From the NCBI GenBank assembly GCA_013239625.1, contig MU057340.1, forward strand, positions 7,210,931 to 7,274,930: 64,000 nt of DNA. The letters are read 5' to 3'. Numbering within the stretch: the first letter of the stretch is position 1; each line of letters begins with the position of its first letter. Source of the DNA: Lama guanicoe (Eukaryota). The notes under the pieces are model-generated. The model was given only the letters and a program-made list of their open reading frames with translations. It was not told the origin of the DNA and did no database searches. This document shows positions 1 to 12,160 of the stretch, in pieces. Position numbers and translations under genes: made by a program.

Positions 1-949
1 ATACTAGCTTTATAGCACCTTGAGGAAAGGGTTTGCTAAACAGGTGTGTGGCTGTGCAGGGGCAGGGAGGGAAGAGCGTTTAACCCTCACAAGGAAACAC
101 GTTAAAACTTGCTGTTTATGAGAACACTTATGCTCTTTTTAGACCATTTTTCTCTACTCGTTATGGTAGATCCCTGAGGATTTCCTCTAGGCAACAGGTT
201 GTCAACGTGATGTTCAATTCCATATGAGAGTTAAGATAATAAAACTTCATCTTTTTAAACAGAATCTGCAATTCAAACTTGCCTTTTCCTTTTTGTTTAA
301 ATTGGTGACATCTGATTACATTAGAAATAGACTCAGACAGCGCCCCCCTAATGTCAGAAAGCCTTTCCTGAAAATTAGACTTCCAGCACTCAACTACTAA
401 ATGGAAACCAATCTAAGACCCCTGACCAACTTATTAAAGCACAGTAAAGTGCCTGTAAATAAATAATAGACTATCAGATTCCAGTGTTAAATGCTTAAGA
501 CACTGCTTTCTGGATGACTAGACAGTTAATACGGTGTTAACCAAAATTTGATTTGCATGTAGTTAATATTCATTCCTCTATTGATGTCTGATGTGCTTTG
601 TAAAACATCAGCGTGGGATTCTACTATTTAAATTGGAATGTATCACAAGTTGAGACTTAGCGTATAATTTTGTTTAAAATGCATTGCACTGAGTTTTGGG
701 GACACAAATATGAAGTTTTCCTATATAAACATTGGTCAAAATAATTATACGAAAAGACTTGTAGGCTATATAAAATTTGAGTATTAAAAGTCAATGGTGG
801 ACTACTGAGAAAATTTTGCCTGGGAAGATATTAGTGGAATATGCCACATCTCTCTCTACTCCCTCTCTCTCCCTCACACACGTGCACACACATGCATGCA
901 CGCACATACAATTGTTCTGCCCTACCTAGATGTGTGATTTTCATGACTC

Positions 950-1479
950 TCTGTGCTAGTCTTCTCTGAATTGCCCTCCAGCTCCACTCCCTGCCATGCT
1001 ACACCTGATCTCTGCCCAGCAAGCTGACCACATCATGGACTGCATCACCCGGGACACCATGCCTTATGGCTTTTGACTGGGCTAGCCAATAGAAGGCACC
1101 AGAAGAAAACTGGGGAATAGGAAGAAAGAAAGATTTGAGTGTGTGTCTCCTGCCTCCCCACTTAGCCACAATCTGGCAATGGCCGAGTTTCTCTAAAGCT
1201 TTGGTACTTTGGGTGACCCACCCTTACAGCTTCTAGTTCTCGCATAGTTCTGAAACCTTACCCCTTGCACATACCACTTTAGGCTTGGTTGCAGAGGAGG
1301 GGGAAGGGGCTGGCAGGGGTGCATAATAGTCTTGCATTGTCACTGGTCCTTGAGTCTATCACCATTTCATGTCAATCCCCTTAATCTTGCCCACTCACTC
1401 ATAAAGTCCCTTTATTAAGCTGTCTTCAATTGAACACTTTGCCTATGCTTTCTGCTTCCTATCAAGAATCTGACTGACA
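950..1479 (+). mobile_element. ERVL solo LTR, LTR33-like
   Basis: Contains 'ggactgcatcacccggg...ggcttttgactgggctagccaatagaaggcaccag' and a 3' end 'ctttattaagc...ctgcttcctatcaagaatctgactgaca', as in the LTR33 consensus I recall; 5' boundary approximate. Confidence 0.7.
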
Positions 1480-1555
1480 TTCTTCCCAGCCACTTCATAA
1501 TATATTCTGCATGGGAAAAGTAATCAATATTATTTTTATATATTTTAGCTATTTT

Positions 1556-2266
1556 TTTCTTTTTTATTGAAATACAGTCAGTTTACAACATTGTGTCAGT
1601 TTCTGGTGTACAGCATAATGTTTCAGTCATACATATACATACATATATTCCTTTTCATATTCTTTTTCATTATAGGTTACTACAAGATACTGAATACAGT
1701 TCCCTGTGTTATACAATAGAACTTGTTGTTTATCTATTTTATATATAGTAGTTAGTACCTGCACATCTCGAACTCCCAACTTATCCTTTTCCATTCCCTT
1801 TCCTCCCTGGTAGCCATAAGTTTATTTTCTATGTCTATAAGCCTGCCTCTGTTTCTTAAATAAGTTCATCGTGTTTTGTTTTTTTTTTTTAGATTCAACA
1901 TATAAGTGATATCATATGGTATTTTTCTTNNNNNNNNNNNNNNNNNNNNNNNNNNNNNNNNNNNNNNNNNNNNNNNNNNNNNNNNNNNNNNNNNNNNNNN
2001 NNNNNNNNNNNNNNNNNNNNNNNNNNNNNNNNNNNNNNNNNNNNNNNNNNNNNNNNNNNNNNNNNNNNNNNNNNNNNNNNNNNNNNNNNNNTCCATGTCT
2101 TGGCTCTTGTAAATAGTGCTGCTTATGAACAGTGGGGTGCAGGTGTCTTTTTGAGTTAGAGTATTCTCTGGGTATATGCCCAGGAGTAGGATTGCTGGAT
2201 TATATGGTAAGTCTATTTTTAGTTTTTTGAGGAATCTCCACATTGTTTTCCATATGGGCCGCACCG
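1556..2266 (-). mobile_element. 5'-truncated young L1 (ORF2 C-terminus plus 3'UTR, artiodactyl/camelid type) with TSD
   Basis: ORF track 1866..2264 gives WKTMWRFLKKLKIDLPYNPAILLLGIYP (L1 ORF2p C-terminus); T-rich tail on the left; TSD tattttagct(a/g)tttt at 1541-1555 and 2267-2281. Confidence 0.95.
1930..2091. other. Assembly gap/mask (162 N) inside L1
   Basis: Run of N. Confidence 1.
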
Positions 2267-2414
2267 TATTTTAGCTGTTTTTCTTCACGCACATAGATGA
2301 AAAAGCTGGTGGGTTTATAGAGATGCCTGGCATGTAATATTTGAATGATAAAATTTTACTTAGTGCAGTAGTAGTAGGCGGTAGTGGTAATAAAAACAAT
2401 AATAGCAATAGCTC

Positions 2415-2590
2415 AAATATTAGTGCCAACCATGTGCAAAGAACTCTGCTGGGTCCTTTATGTTCATCGTCTTATTAACACAACCCTACAAAGTATTTAT
2501 CTTCCACTGTTTACAAATGAAGAGATTGAGTCACAGGTAAAAAGTACATAACTAGTAAGTGGATAAAAGCAAGATCTGGACCCAGAACTG
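2415..2590 (-). mobile_element. MIR SINE
   Basis: Antisense MIR core 'acaaccctac...tttacaaatgaagagattgagtcacag'. Confidence 0.7.
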
Positions 2591-2644
2591 ATAGAAAAAC
2601 CCTTAATCTTTTCATTATACATCTTATCTGTATATATGTATGTC

Positions 2645-3170
2645 TTCAGTAGGCAGAACTCTTGCCTTTGCAAGGGGCAGAAAACCAACTGGATTCTGCT
2701 TAAAGATAAAAGGAGTTTATAAAGGTCCTGCAGAAACTCACAGAATCAAAACAAGAGCTTGATAACCTGGGTGTGGAAATCATGCTATCTGAACATCTGA
2801 AAACTCCTCCAGCTCCATTCTCAGTTCAATTTCCAAGGAAATCAGATAAAATGCAGGTACCGCCCAGGACCACATCTGCCTCTTTTCTTCACTTCTCTGA
2901 GGCCAGCTTCCTTTGCTCTGATAGGATTTTCCATGCAGGCATGGAAAATCTGAGATGTTTCATCAAAGTATGAGATGAAAAATCTGGTCCCAGCCAAGCA
3001 AGTCTAGGGCTGACAACACAACAGTTTGGCCAGAATCTCACAGACCCATCTTTTCACTTTGCCACAAGGCAAAAAAGGGCTTTTCTCCAGTAACTCAAGT
3101 TCAAAAAATTCCAGGGATAGTCTCTGGTTGGTCTATCTGGGTTGCATGTTCACCTCTTAGAAAAATTAAT
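2645..3170 (-). mobile_element. Old MaLR LTR (MLT1K/L-like)
   Basis: 'gaactcttgcctttgcaaggggcagaaaaccaactggattctgcttaaag...gagtttat' is the reverse complement of an MLT1 3' end; heavily diverged. Confidence 0.55.
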
Positions 3171-3426
3171 ACAGCCAGAAGGATAACCCAATTTGGGTAA
3201 CATCTCCATCCCTCTGGATGGGAGAGAGGTGATGCTTTGTTTGGCAGCTTGCGTGAGAAGCACGAGAATGAAGGGAGACCAAGCCAGAAGACTGGAAAGG
3301 GGCACTGGACGAACAATCCCAGTAGATACACAGTATGAGATCCCTGCAGGTCAAATTTGTTAATGCCTGTCTCACTTTGGAGATTTAAAAGGATGATGAT
3401 TCTGGCTGAACTCAGATAGTACTTGC

Positions 3427-3880
3427 TGTGGGGCCAACTGACGTCCTTCAAAGTCCAACGACTCCCATTTCTGGGCTCTCAGATGTCTGACATTCTTTAC
3501 TGGATATGTTTGTGTTAACAAACTAATAACCCTAGGTAATGAATGCCTAGTCTCACAATTGCCCAGGCTGGCTTGTTTCAGCCCACCTTATCAGCATCAT
3601 AAACCCCACCACCTCCACAGACCCTAAACCTCTTACCTCGCCTACAACCAAGACTTGTGCACAAGCTGATCAGACACCTTGTGACCCGACCTTTTAAAAG
3701 ACCCCCAAAACCGACCCTCAGGGCTCACACAGGCACCTCTAGTCTGTGTGGCCCACAGTTGCCTATAGCAGCATACCCCTGATAAACTCCTTTTCTATTC
3801 TCATCCTTCATCTCTGGTAAATTCTTTTACCAACTTCTTGTCACCGTGTCACCGACCAGCCGCCATTATGTCCCACAACA
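3427..3880 (+). mobile_element. ERVL-class solo LTR (MER73/74-group-like 3' end), copy 1
   Basis: TG...CA termini (tgtggggcc...cccacaaca); polyA-signal region 'gataaactcc...ctctggtaaattcttttacc'; clearly homologous to the copy at 6559-7038. Confidence 0.8.
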
Positions 3881-4169
3881 CTTTTCCCTCTGAAACCTTT
3901 AATTCTCTACTTTTCCTGAAAGTTATAGGAGATGAAATGTCTGGTACCGGCAAACTGGAGCACAAGATGGAATGATTAGACCATGAGCATTCTCAGTTCT
4001 TGACCTCCCAGTGGATAAGTCCCCTAAGGTGGCATGTGGCCAAGTAGACCAAGGTGATTTCAGTCTAGGCACAGAGAATCATGTAAAAATGGCAGATCTC
4101 ATGTCTCTAGGTAGCCCCTAGGAATCCAGCCCAGGGGTAAACTGGGAAGGATGATGAGAAAACAGTGCT

Positions 4170-4385
4170 AACAGTAATAATAGTATATAACAATTGGCTC
4201 TCACAATGTACCAGAAACTCTTCTAAGTACTTTGCATATAGAAACTAATTTAATCTCCACAGCAACCTCACAAGGTAGATACTACAGTTTCATCCCAAGA
4301 GTGAGTTTAAGTAACTCACCCAAAGTAAGTGGTTCAAACACTGGCAGTCTCGCTCAAGAACTCACATCTTGAAGCACTATACTAC
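4170..4385 (-). mobile_element. MIR SINE
   Basis: 'ttctaagtactttgcatat...tttaatctccacagcaacctcacaaggtagatact...aagtaactcacccaaagt'. Confidence 0.75.
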
Positions 4386-4549
4386 ACCCTATGGTAGAAA
4401 ATAATTGAAATCATTAGAGCAAACCTGAACTTGCCTAATTATTGGATTGCTGTTGTAATTAAGAATTTGGAAAGCAAAAGAAAAGCCCCTTCCCACCTCT
4501 CATATGTACCCACAGATGTCACCTTACTAAATGGAGCAACGTCAGCAGT

Positions 4550-5970
4550 GAGAGGCAGGTGATGGATTTCTTAAACAGGACACAACACCTCTATCATCAG
4601 GGTAACAGCTGGCAAATTTGACTACCTCAAAATTTAACACTTTTACATAACAAAAGGCATAATAAATAAACTCAAAGATAAGTCACAAACCAGAACAAAG
4701 ACTGGTAAAGTTCAAAGCCAACAAAGTATTTAAACCCTGAATATAAAAAACTCCTATAAAGTAATAACTCAAAAAAAAATAGACAAAAGCTATAAAAGGC
4801 ATTTCACAGACACCAAGGCTTGATAAACACATGAAAAGACTGTCAAAGTCATCAGTAGTCAGGAAGATAAGAGTGGAGCCCTTCAGGGGAGCAAAATTTG
4901 CCCCCCCCAAAAAAAATGTTTCTTTGATAGATGAATTATTTCAAACTGAAAACCATCAAGGCCCAAAGGACTCAGAAAGAAACTTGACCTTCCTCTAATT
5001 GCTTACAAACTTTTGCTGGAGGGACTGTTCCTGGGACAGAGCTAGCACAGAGATATCTGCAAGGAATATGGGCAAGGTGTGGTTGGGGGAACGCTGCCTA
5101 GAGCTCAGAGTCCACTCTGTCCCATTGCCTTTATGTGGCCCAGCAAACCCTTTGTTTGTTTGTTTGTTTGTTTGTTTGTTTGTTTTGAATTGCTTTCCTC
5201 CTCTTTGAAATCCTAAACCACTACCCCCAACATCCTCTTTTGTCTTTAGCCAAAGATGGTATTTAAGGCAAGGGCTTGAGCCATTTTGGCAAGTTTATCA
5301 ATTGTTTCCCTGGATCTCTCCCATGCATGCATATTATTAAACTTTGTTTGATTTTCTCCTGTTAATCTGTCTCCTGTCAGTTTAATTCTTAGACCAGCCA
5401 GAAGGGTAGAGGAAAGTTTCTTCCTCTCTGACAGCACCAATGAGAAATCAGTTCACACCCATACAATTGTTAATGAAGTTCAGGTCTCACAAGGTCTGAT
5501 GCTGGCAAGGATGTGGAAAGTGAGGGCCTCATCTCCTTCTTCTGGGGGGTGAGGGGGTGGGACAAGCACACCTCTTTGGAGAACAATCTGACAATACCAA
5601 GCAAGCCCACATCCAGGTATTGGTCCTAAAGTCATTCACATGTGTGCAGGAGGAGACATCCCCAAGAATGTGGGTGGCAGCAGTGTTTGTAATGATGAAA
5701 AATTTCAAACAACTCTACATTGCAAACCACAGGACCATCCTAAATTAATTGTGGCATATTTCTGTAATGGGCTATTCTGCAACAATTCAAAAGAATAAAA
5801 GGGTGGACACAACACGCATCCAAATAGACAGAAATGAAACTACAGCATTGAATGAAAAAGCAAGTTACATCACAATATGAAAAGCTTACTACTACTCTTA
5901 TAAATTTTAATTTACATACAATATATACAGTATAAATGTTAGTGTCCATACAGCATTTACACATAGTAAT
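4550..5970 (+). mobile_element. Old L1ME-type fragment (ORF2 end/3'UTR), interrupted by the LTR at 4882-5433; likely continues at about 7560-7790
   Basis: 'gatttcttaaacaggacac...gcaaatttgactacctcaaaattt', 'acatgaaaagactgtcaaagtcatcagtagtcagg', 'aattgtggcatatttctgtaatggg' match decayed L1M ORF2-end sequence. Confidence 0.75.
4882..5433 (+). mobile_element. ERV1 solo LTR, MER34/MER39-like
   Basis: 5' 'ggggagcaaaatttgccccccc...gaattatttcaaactg'; 3' 'attaaactttg...ctcctgttaatctgtct...ttcttcctctctgaca'; 4-bp flanks gccc/gcac; internal (TTTG)n at about 5151-5186. Confidence 0.85.
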
Positions 5971-6178
5971 AAACATGTTAGCTTATGTTTCTATAAATAT
6001 ATAGTTTAATTTTTAATTAAAGTGATGATTAATTTAAGTGTAAAGTTTATACTGTATATGAATATAATTTTATATAATTAGATGTAACATAAAAATTATG
6101 TCTATATTAAATATAAAACTTAATTCCTACACAGTATGAGTTTGTCTTTTAAATTTATATTTTATGTAAATATGAGTA

Positions 6179-6558
6179 TGAAAGGAAGCAGGACCCTCTG
6201 GGCTCGCCCATCCCACTCCCATCTCTTGTTTGCGGAAAAACCAACTTCTCACAGGCCTCCCTGAGTCTTAGAAGAGCAGGCTCAAGCAGTTGATGAGGAC
6301 AAGCCTGCAGGCACTGCGGGTGATGTTGATTCTGACCACCTATCTCAATGATTAGCTGAGAGATTACACCTTCATCTTCCTTTCAAAGTTTCATGGCTGA
6401 ACAGAATCTTTGGAGGTTTGTTTTTTCTTTTGGAGGGGGCAGATGCTGGGTGCACCAGGTTACAGCCATTCTGGGTAAAAGCAACTTTCCTTTTTGTTCC
6501 AAGGCTGCTGCCCCCAGAATCATACCCCCTCCCCAAGTAAAAAATAATTACGCTTCTC
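6179..6558 (+). mobile_element. ERV1-type LTR segment related to the LTR at 16057-16640
   Basis: 'tgaaaggaagcaggaccctctggg...ctcttgtttgcggaaaaa...aggcctccctgagt' parallels 'tgtaatcgagcaggaccctatggg...ctcttgtctgtcgaaaaa...aggccttccccgagt'. Confidence 0.7.
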
Positions 6559-7038
6559 TGTTGTGGGCCTAGTGCGACAGCCTGTCTGTGACATGGTGAG
6601 GCACAAGTTGGTAAAAAATTTACCAGAGTTAAAGTATGGGAACAGGAAGGAGTTTATTAAGTTACACTGTCATAGGCAACAGTGGGCCACACAGAGGCGA
6701 GGTGCCTGTGTGAGCAATGAGGGTCGGTTTTCGGGGTCTTTTAACAGGTCGGGTCACAAGGTGTCTGATCGGCTTGTGCACAAGTCTCTGATTGGTTGTG
6801 GATGAGGTAAGAGGTTTAGGGTCCGTGAAGGGCAGTAGGGTTTATGACTCTGATAAGGTGGGCTGAAATAAGCCAGCTTGAGCTCTTTCAAGATTAGGTA
6901 TTATCTAGGGCTATTGGTTTATTAGGAGAAACACGTCCAGTAAAGAATGTACTTTATCTGTTAAGGGATCACAGGCAGACCTCTGAGAGCCCAGAAATGG
7001 GGGTTGTTGGACTTTGAAGGACATCAGTTGGCCCAACA
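6559..7038 (-). mobile_element. ERVL-class solo LTR, copy 2 (same family as 3427-3880), with perfect 5-bp TSD
   Basis: Minus strand tgttgggcc...cccacaaca; TSD TTCTC at 6554-6558 and 7039-7043; AATAAA on the minus strand at about 6653-6658. Confidence 0.9.
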
Positions 7039-7043
7039 TTCTC

Positions 7044-7557
7044 TAAGTCTCGGGAGGCAACTGCAGAGAAAAAACAAGAATTGGTTAGAACCCATCGAGT
7101 CCGAAATGGTGGAGCATTTGACTTTCAGTGGACATTGAGCCTCATTATACACTCATTGTAATGTATTAGCATGCTAAGTGACACACCCACCAGCGCCATG
7201 ACAGTTGACGATTGCCATGACAATCACCAGAAAAGCCCGTACAATGACTGATTGGCTCCATCACACCCAAAACAGGGACATGATGGCAGAAGCCTCTCAT
7301 AAAAGTCCACGTGGCCCAGCCTGGGCCGGAGCTGTCTCCACCGCCCTTCTTGGCTGACAGCTCCCGGCTCCAACACCTCTTCCTCACACGAGCGCTTTTC
7401 TTCCCTTCTCCCTGCTTGAGTACTTTCCTTCCATTTCCCCTTCTGAGCAATAAAGCAGCTGTTCACTTCGTCCCTCTGCCTCTGCTGTGCAATTTCTTTC
7501 ACAGCCGGCAACGAGGACCCACACTTTGGTGGGCTTCCAAATTTAGGGGTCCTTCCA
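7044..7557 (+). mobile_element. MER41-like ERV1 LTR segment
   Basis: MER41-type core 'cattgtaatgtattagcatgctaagtgacacacccaccagcgccatgacagtt'; AATAAA at about 7449; ends 'tccttcca'. Confidence 0.8.
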
Positions 7558-8629
7558 TATGTTAACAAATATATCATAAAAATGTGAAATACATATGGAA
7601 TAGTTATAAACGTTGCCGTAGTAATTGCCTCTGGGAGAAGATGAGAATCAGAAGGTATACATAAAGAACTTCAATTATATTTGTAATGTTTCTTAAAAAA
7701 ATAAATAAATCAGGGTGGAAGGTATGTGGATGATTGTGAATATATTTATATTTCTAATGTATTTTTATTTTTTAAAATGTATGTAACAAAAATATATATT
7801 AATGTCTCCAAGTTTCATTCTTACGAGAGGCGCAAGGGCTGGGTTGATGCTCTGAGGGCAATAGGTAGGTCCTGTCTGTACCTCAGGGCCTGGCGCAGGG
7901 TGGGTCAGCCCATGGACCTGCCTGGTCTGGGATGGAAAGAGGGCTAATAGAGCACTCTCAAGAGCAAAGGAGACTCAGGGCACTGGGAGGCCAGGAAACT
8001 TCAAAGCAACCAGTGCAGAGAGGCTCTTTCTGAACAATAGGAGATAATCCAAAATCCATTTCAATTTGGCTTAGGAAAATTTACCCGTGCCTTCATCTTA
8101 AGGCAGGGATATCTGATGTTCTGAAAAGTCACACTGCAGTCAGATTCTCAAGTTGAGAGCTGGTTCAGGAAGAGTTAGCAAGCTGGACAGATCCCTGCTC
8201 TCTCATTGGGCAGCCTCTCAGTTCTAGACTGGGTTGGAGACCAACTCCATCTCTCAAGCAGAAGCACTCTAGGGTCCCCGGGCCTTGGCTCCTGAATCCT
8301 TGGGCATGTTCTTTTCTTCTCAGAGTTTCTATTTCCATGTGTGTGAAACACAACATGTGTACCTGCTTAGGTGCAAATGTATGTGTGTGCGCGTGCGCAC
8401 ACACATATATAAATAACGTTTCTCCAGACCTTCTGTCTCTCTATTTCATACAGTTATGTTAGGATCATTCCCACATGGCTTTTGCCGATAATGTTGATAA
8501 AGTAATTAAAATGAGCTAAATGATGAGGGTTGAGAAGTGTGTGGGGGTGGTCATTCAAATAAATGCACCCACCATAACTACATAGAGAAGGGTCAGTGTT
8601 GATTATGTACCATGTGTGGAAAGAGCTTA

Positions 8630-8790
8630 ACCCTTCCTAGCTTTGTGGCCCCAGACAAGTTATTTAACCATTCTCAGCCTCAATTTCCTCTTGTGTAAAA
8701 ACAGATTAATATCATTCATCTTTCATTGTCGAAGGGAGAAAAAAAATGAGATAATATATGTGAAATCATACATAGAACCCCCCATGCTGT
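8630..8790 (+). mobile_element. MIR SINE
   Basis: 'ctagctttgtggccccagacaagttatttaaccattctcagcctcaatttcctcttgtgtaaaa'. Confidence 0.75.
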
Positions 8791-10099
8791 AGTTGGTGAT
8801 GGTGTCTGTATATTTATGTCTGCATTTGAGTGTTTATCTGTGTGCATTTATGTCTGTGTGATGGTATTTATTTCTATGTATTGATATCCATTTCTCCAAG
8901 AAGTCTTGAATCTGTTCAAGAATATCCAAGGGAAAAAAAATAATGATTAGATTTATCAAGTGAAGTTTTTCCAGGCTGCCTTTCTGACTCCAGGCAAGTG
9001 AGTTCTTGGCATGGCTTTCAGTTTTCACAGCCACAGCAGTTTTATCCTCCCCACCCTGACAGTGCCTGGGGATACCTCTGCATCAGAGTTCCTCTGGTTG
9101 ACTTTTTTAAATGTCTGAGCCTCCCTATTATGCTTATAAGATGTTCATGGGTGGCGTGCTTGGAATCAAAATAGCCCAGGAGATGAGATCACCTACTGTG
9201 TTCCTCTCCTCCTGCCCTCATTGGCAACAAATATACACCTCAGGGGCTCCATCCTGACTTCACTGGGCCCTTGAAATCCTGTAAGCTATGCCCCAGACCT
9301 CAGGCCCTCCTTTAGCCTACATCTCTCTGACCCTTATGTCCACTGCTGATCAACAACATTGATTGATTTGCCCCGAATTTTCACTTTCACTTCTCAGCAT
9401 TAAGTAAATGAAAGCCTTGGCCCAGAATTGAGCTGTGCATTAAATGGAACCTTTAAAATGTTTTCTATAACTCAACTTTATTTTTGTTTGACTCCCTGTT
9501 CCACAAGAAGGGCAAAACAATTTCTGTGAGCTGGGAGTTGTTCCTCTTCAAGGGCATTATTCCAACTGGTTAGCCTTTGGTCTGCAGGATCAGGGAGATG
9601 TCAGGTCCTAACTTATTCTACCCACTGAGCCCTTGAGTTTTAGCCACTCCTGGACCCCTTGGGTGTATAGGAAAGTGTCTTTTGCCTCTAGATTGACCTA
9701 GTTCCCAGGAAACACCGAGTTTCTACATGAGACCTCCCTGCTTAGACTCATGACATGCCCCGCGTCTCCTCTGGGTCTCACCTCCTCCTAGAGGACCCAC
9801 TAGGGGAAGATGGCACTGGCCCTCTCTGCTCTTGGATCAAAGTCTGTCTTGGGTTCTGCCTTGACCATCATCCCTCCCAACCTGTTTTAGAGACCCACCA
9901 GCTTTCCAGTTCTCATCACCTCTCTCTCTATTCTCTCCCTCACCCTGGGGTATCATTTTGCAGTCTGAAAATTTGGCAAGTACCAAGAAACCAACTGATT
10001 GATATTCTAAACATTTTATCTCACTCAAAATGTCAGGTCCCAATATATGTGAAAGTGGAGGGGAAGGAGGTGGGCTTCTACCAGTCACATGCATGACTT

Positions 10100-10270
10100 G
10101 AGTTCATACAGGTTCCAGGCACTCTGCTGGGCTCTGGGGGTGTAGAGAAGAGTCGGAGGAGCCTCTGCTCCCCAGAAACCCCCAGTCTAGGTGAGGAGAC
10201 TGCCAAGAAAACAAAAAACTTGCCATGCAATATGATAAGTGCAGTACTCATCAGATCAAGGAAGGAAAGT
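10100..10270 (-). mobile_element. L2 fragment
   Basis: 'ccaggcactctgctgggctctgggg...ctgctcccagaaacccccagtctag'. Confidence 0.6.
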
Positions 10271-10292
10271 TCAGTTCACTGATGGGCAGGGA

Positions 10293-10683
10293 TAGGGTCT
10301 TGGTCAGTCTGGGCTGTAAAACAAAGTACCACATACACTAGACGGCTTATAAACAGAAATTTATTCCTCATAGTCCTGGAGGTTGGAAGTCCAAGATCAG
10401 GATGCCAGCACGGTCTGGTTCTGCTGAAGGACCTCTTCCAGGTTGTTCCAGGTTGTTCCAATTGCAGACTGCTGACTACTCCTTGCATCCTCACTTGGTA
10501 GAGAGCAGACAGAATTCACAGGGATCCCTTTCATAAGATCACTAATCTCATTCTTGAGGGCTCTACCCTCCACCCTTTGTGACCTAATTATCTCCCAAAG
10601 TCCCCACTTCCTAATACTATCACCTTGGGGATTAAGATTTTAACATTCGAATCTGGAGAGACACAGACACTCAGTGCACTGCA
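10293..10683 (-). mobile_element. MaLR LTR, MLT1A-like
   Basis: 'ggcttataaacagaaatttattcctcatagtcctggaggttggaagtccaagatcaggatgccagca...ctaatactatcaccttggggattaagatttt'. Confidence 0.9.
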
Positions 10684-11024
10684 GGTGGTGAGGGTGATTC
10701 AGAACATCTTTCTGGAATGGATGCTAAGAGGCCCCCTGAACAAAAGCATCCCTTCCTTCCTCCTGCAGGTACTTCCCGTCAGCCACACTTGTCCAATTCC
10801 ATTGGTATTTTCCCACTGGCGTTGCTACTTAAGCAAGTCCTAAAAATAAATTCTTAGTGATGTTATGTTATCAGGAAAGAGTAACATGTTAGCCTGCAAA
10901 TATACTAGGAGGGTTTATTTATGATTAATTATTAATATGACCCATCTTTACCTACCAGAGACTGGAAGTTTGAAGCTGGGCCAGGTCCTAACTGAAGAGA
11001 AAACAGAAGGAAGGCTTGAGCCTG

Positions 11025-11330
11025 GACACCATCTTGGCTTCCTGGAAGCACAGCCTGAGACAAGGATTCTTATTCAAGTGGTTTATGAAAGAATGTTTCT
11101 GGGAAAAGGAGACAGAGGAAAGGATAGGACAGGGGGAAAAGATAAGGATGTGGTCTCAGCTGGAGATGAGCTTAAGTCTAATTTATGGTTGGTCCCACCT
11201 TGAGGCAAGAAGGGGGAAGAGGTAGGGACAGCAAGGGACCACCTCCTTTTGAGAAGTCTACATTGGCTGAGGGAGACACCCCAGAGTGATTATCATCAGG
11301 CATCTAGGCAGGTACCAACAGCATCTGTTA
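11025..11330 (-). mobile_element. ERVL LTR16-like fragment
   Basis: 'ggcttcctggaagcacagcctgagacaaggattc...caagtggtttat' is the reverse complement of an LTR16 3' end. Confidence 0.55.
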
Positions 11331-11687
11331 AAAGCCAAGGACTAGCAGGGAGCCTGGGGTTCCTGACACCCCCAGGCACTCAGTAGAAGACTTGGGAGAC
11401 AAAGAGGATGAGGCCAGAGGGACAAAGGTACATCAGCCTGGGATATTCCCAAGGATGGTTCCCAATAAACTACTTCTCCTATGGCAGCTCCTGGATAGAA
11501 AGGAGTATTTCCCCCAACTTATTCTGCTCTCTCCCAGCATTAGGCCTAGAAAAGCCTTACACTCTAGCAATGGGAAGCACCCTCAAAGCTCTGATCTGCC
11601 TTCCCTCAACTGTGACTACGAGATCCCAACTCCTCACCCTGCAGGTCACAAAGGGCTGTCAACAGTCCCTACATTAACTACTAGCCC

Positions 11688-12160
11688 TGTTACCGAGTCC
11701 AAGCTCATACAGCTCACCACTTGACAGGCCAAGAAGTCAATGGACAAATTGTTGGGGCAAGGGAAAGTGACTTTATTCAGAAAGCCAGCAGACTAAGATG
11801 GTGGACTAGTGTCCCAAGAACCATCTTACCTGAGTTAGAATTCACGTTTCTTTTATACTGAAGGGAGAAGGAGTAAAATCAAACATTTCCTGCTTCTTGT
11901 CAGCCTCCAGAGGGGATATGTTAATTCCTTCCTTTCTGAAGTCATTCACAGATCGGCCTGGTCAGGATGTTAAGCAAAGGTATTTTAGCTTAATGTTCAT
12001 TACCTGGTAGGTAAGGTTCCCAGAGATGGGCCATTATGTATAACTTAAGTTTATATGCAGCATCCATTTAGTGTTCAACTTGTAGCAAAAGCAGTAGAAT
12101 ACAAAGAGTAAAGCAAAAGACAGATCCAATATGGAGTCAGATTTGTTCTTCCCTATGACA
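11688..12160 (-). mobile_element. ERV1 solo LTR with perfect 4-bp TSD
   Basis: TG...CA termini (tgttaccgag...ccctatgaca); TSD GCCC at 11684-11687 and 12161-12164; minus-strand TATAAAA and AATAAA. Confidence 0.9.

Noticed and set aside
336-355. CTCF-like cagcgcccccc motif
   Set aside because: Only the GGGGCGC half matches; the 5' half (CCASYAG) is absent.
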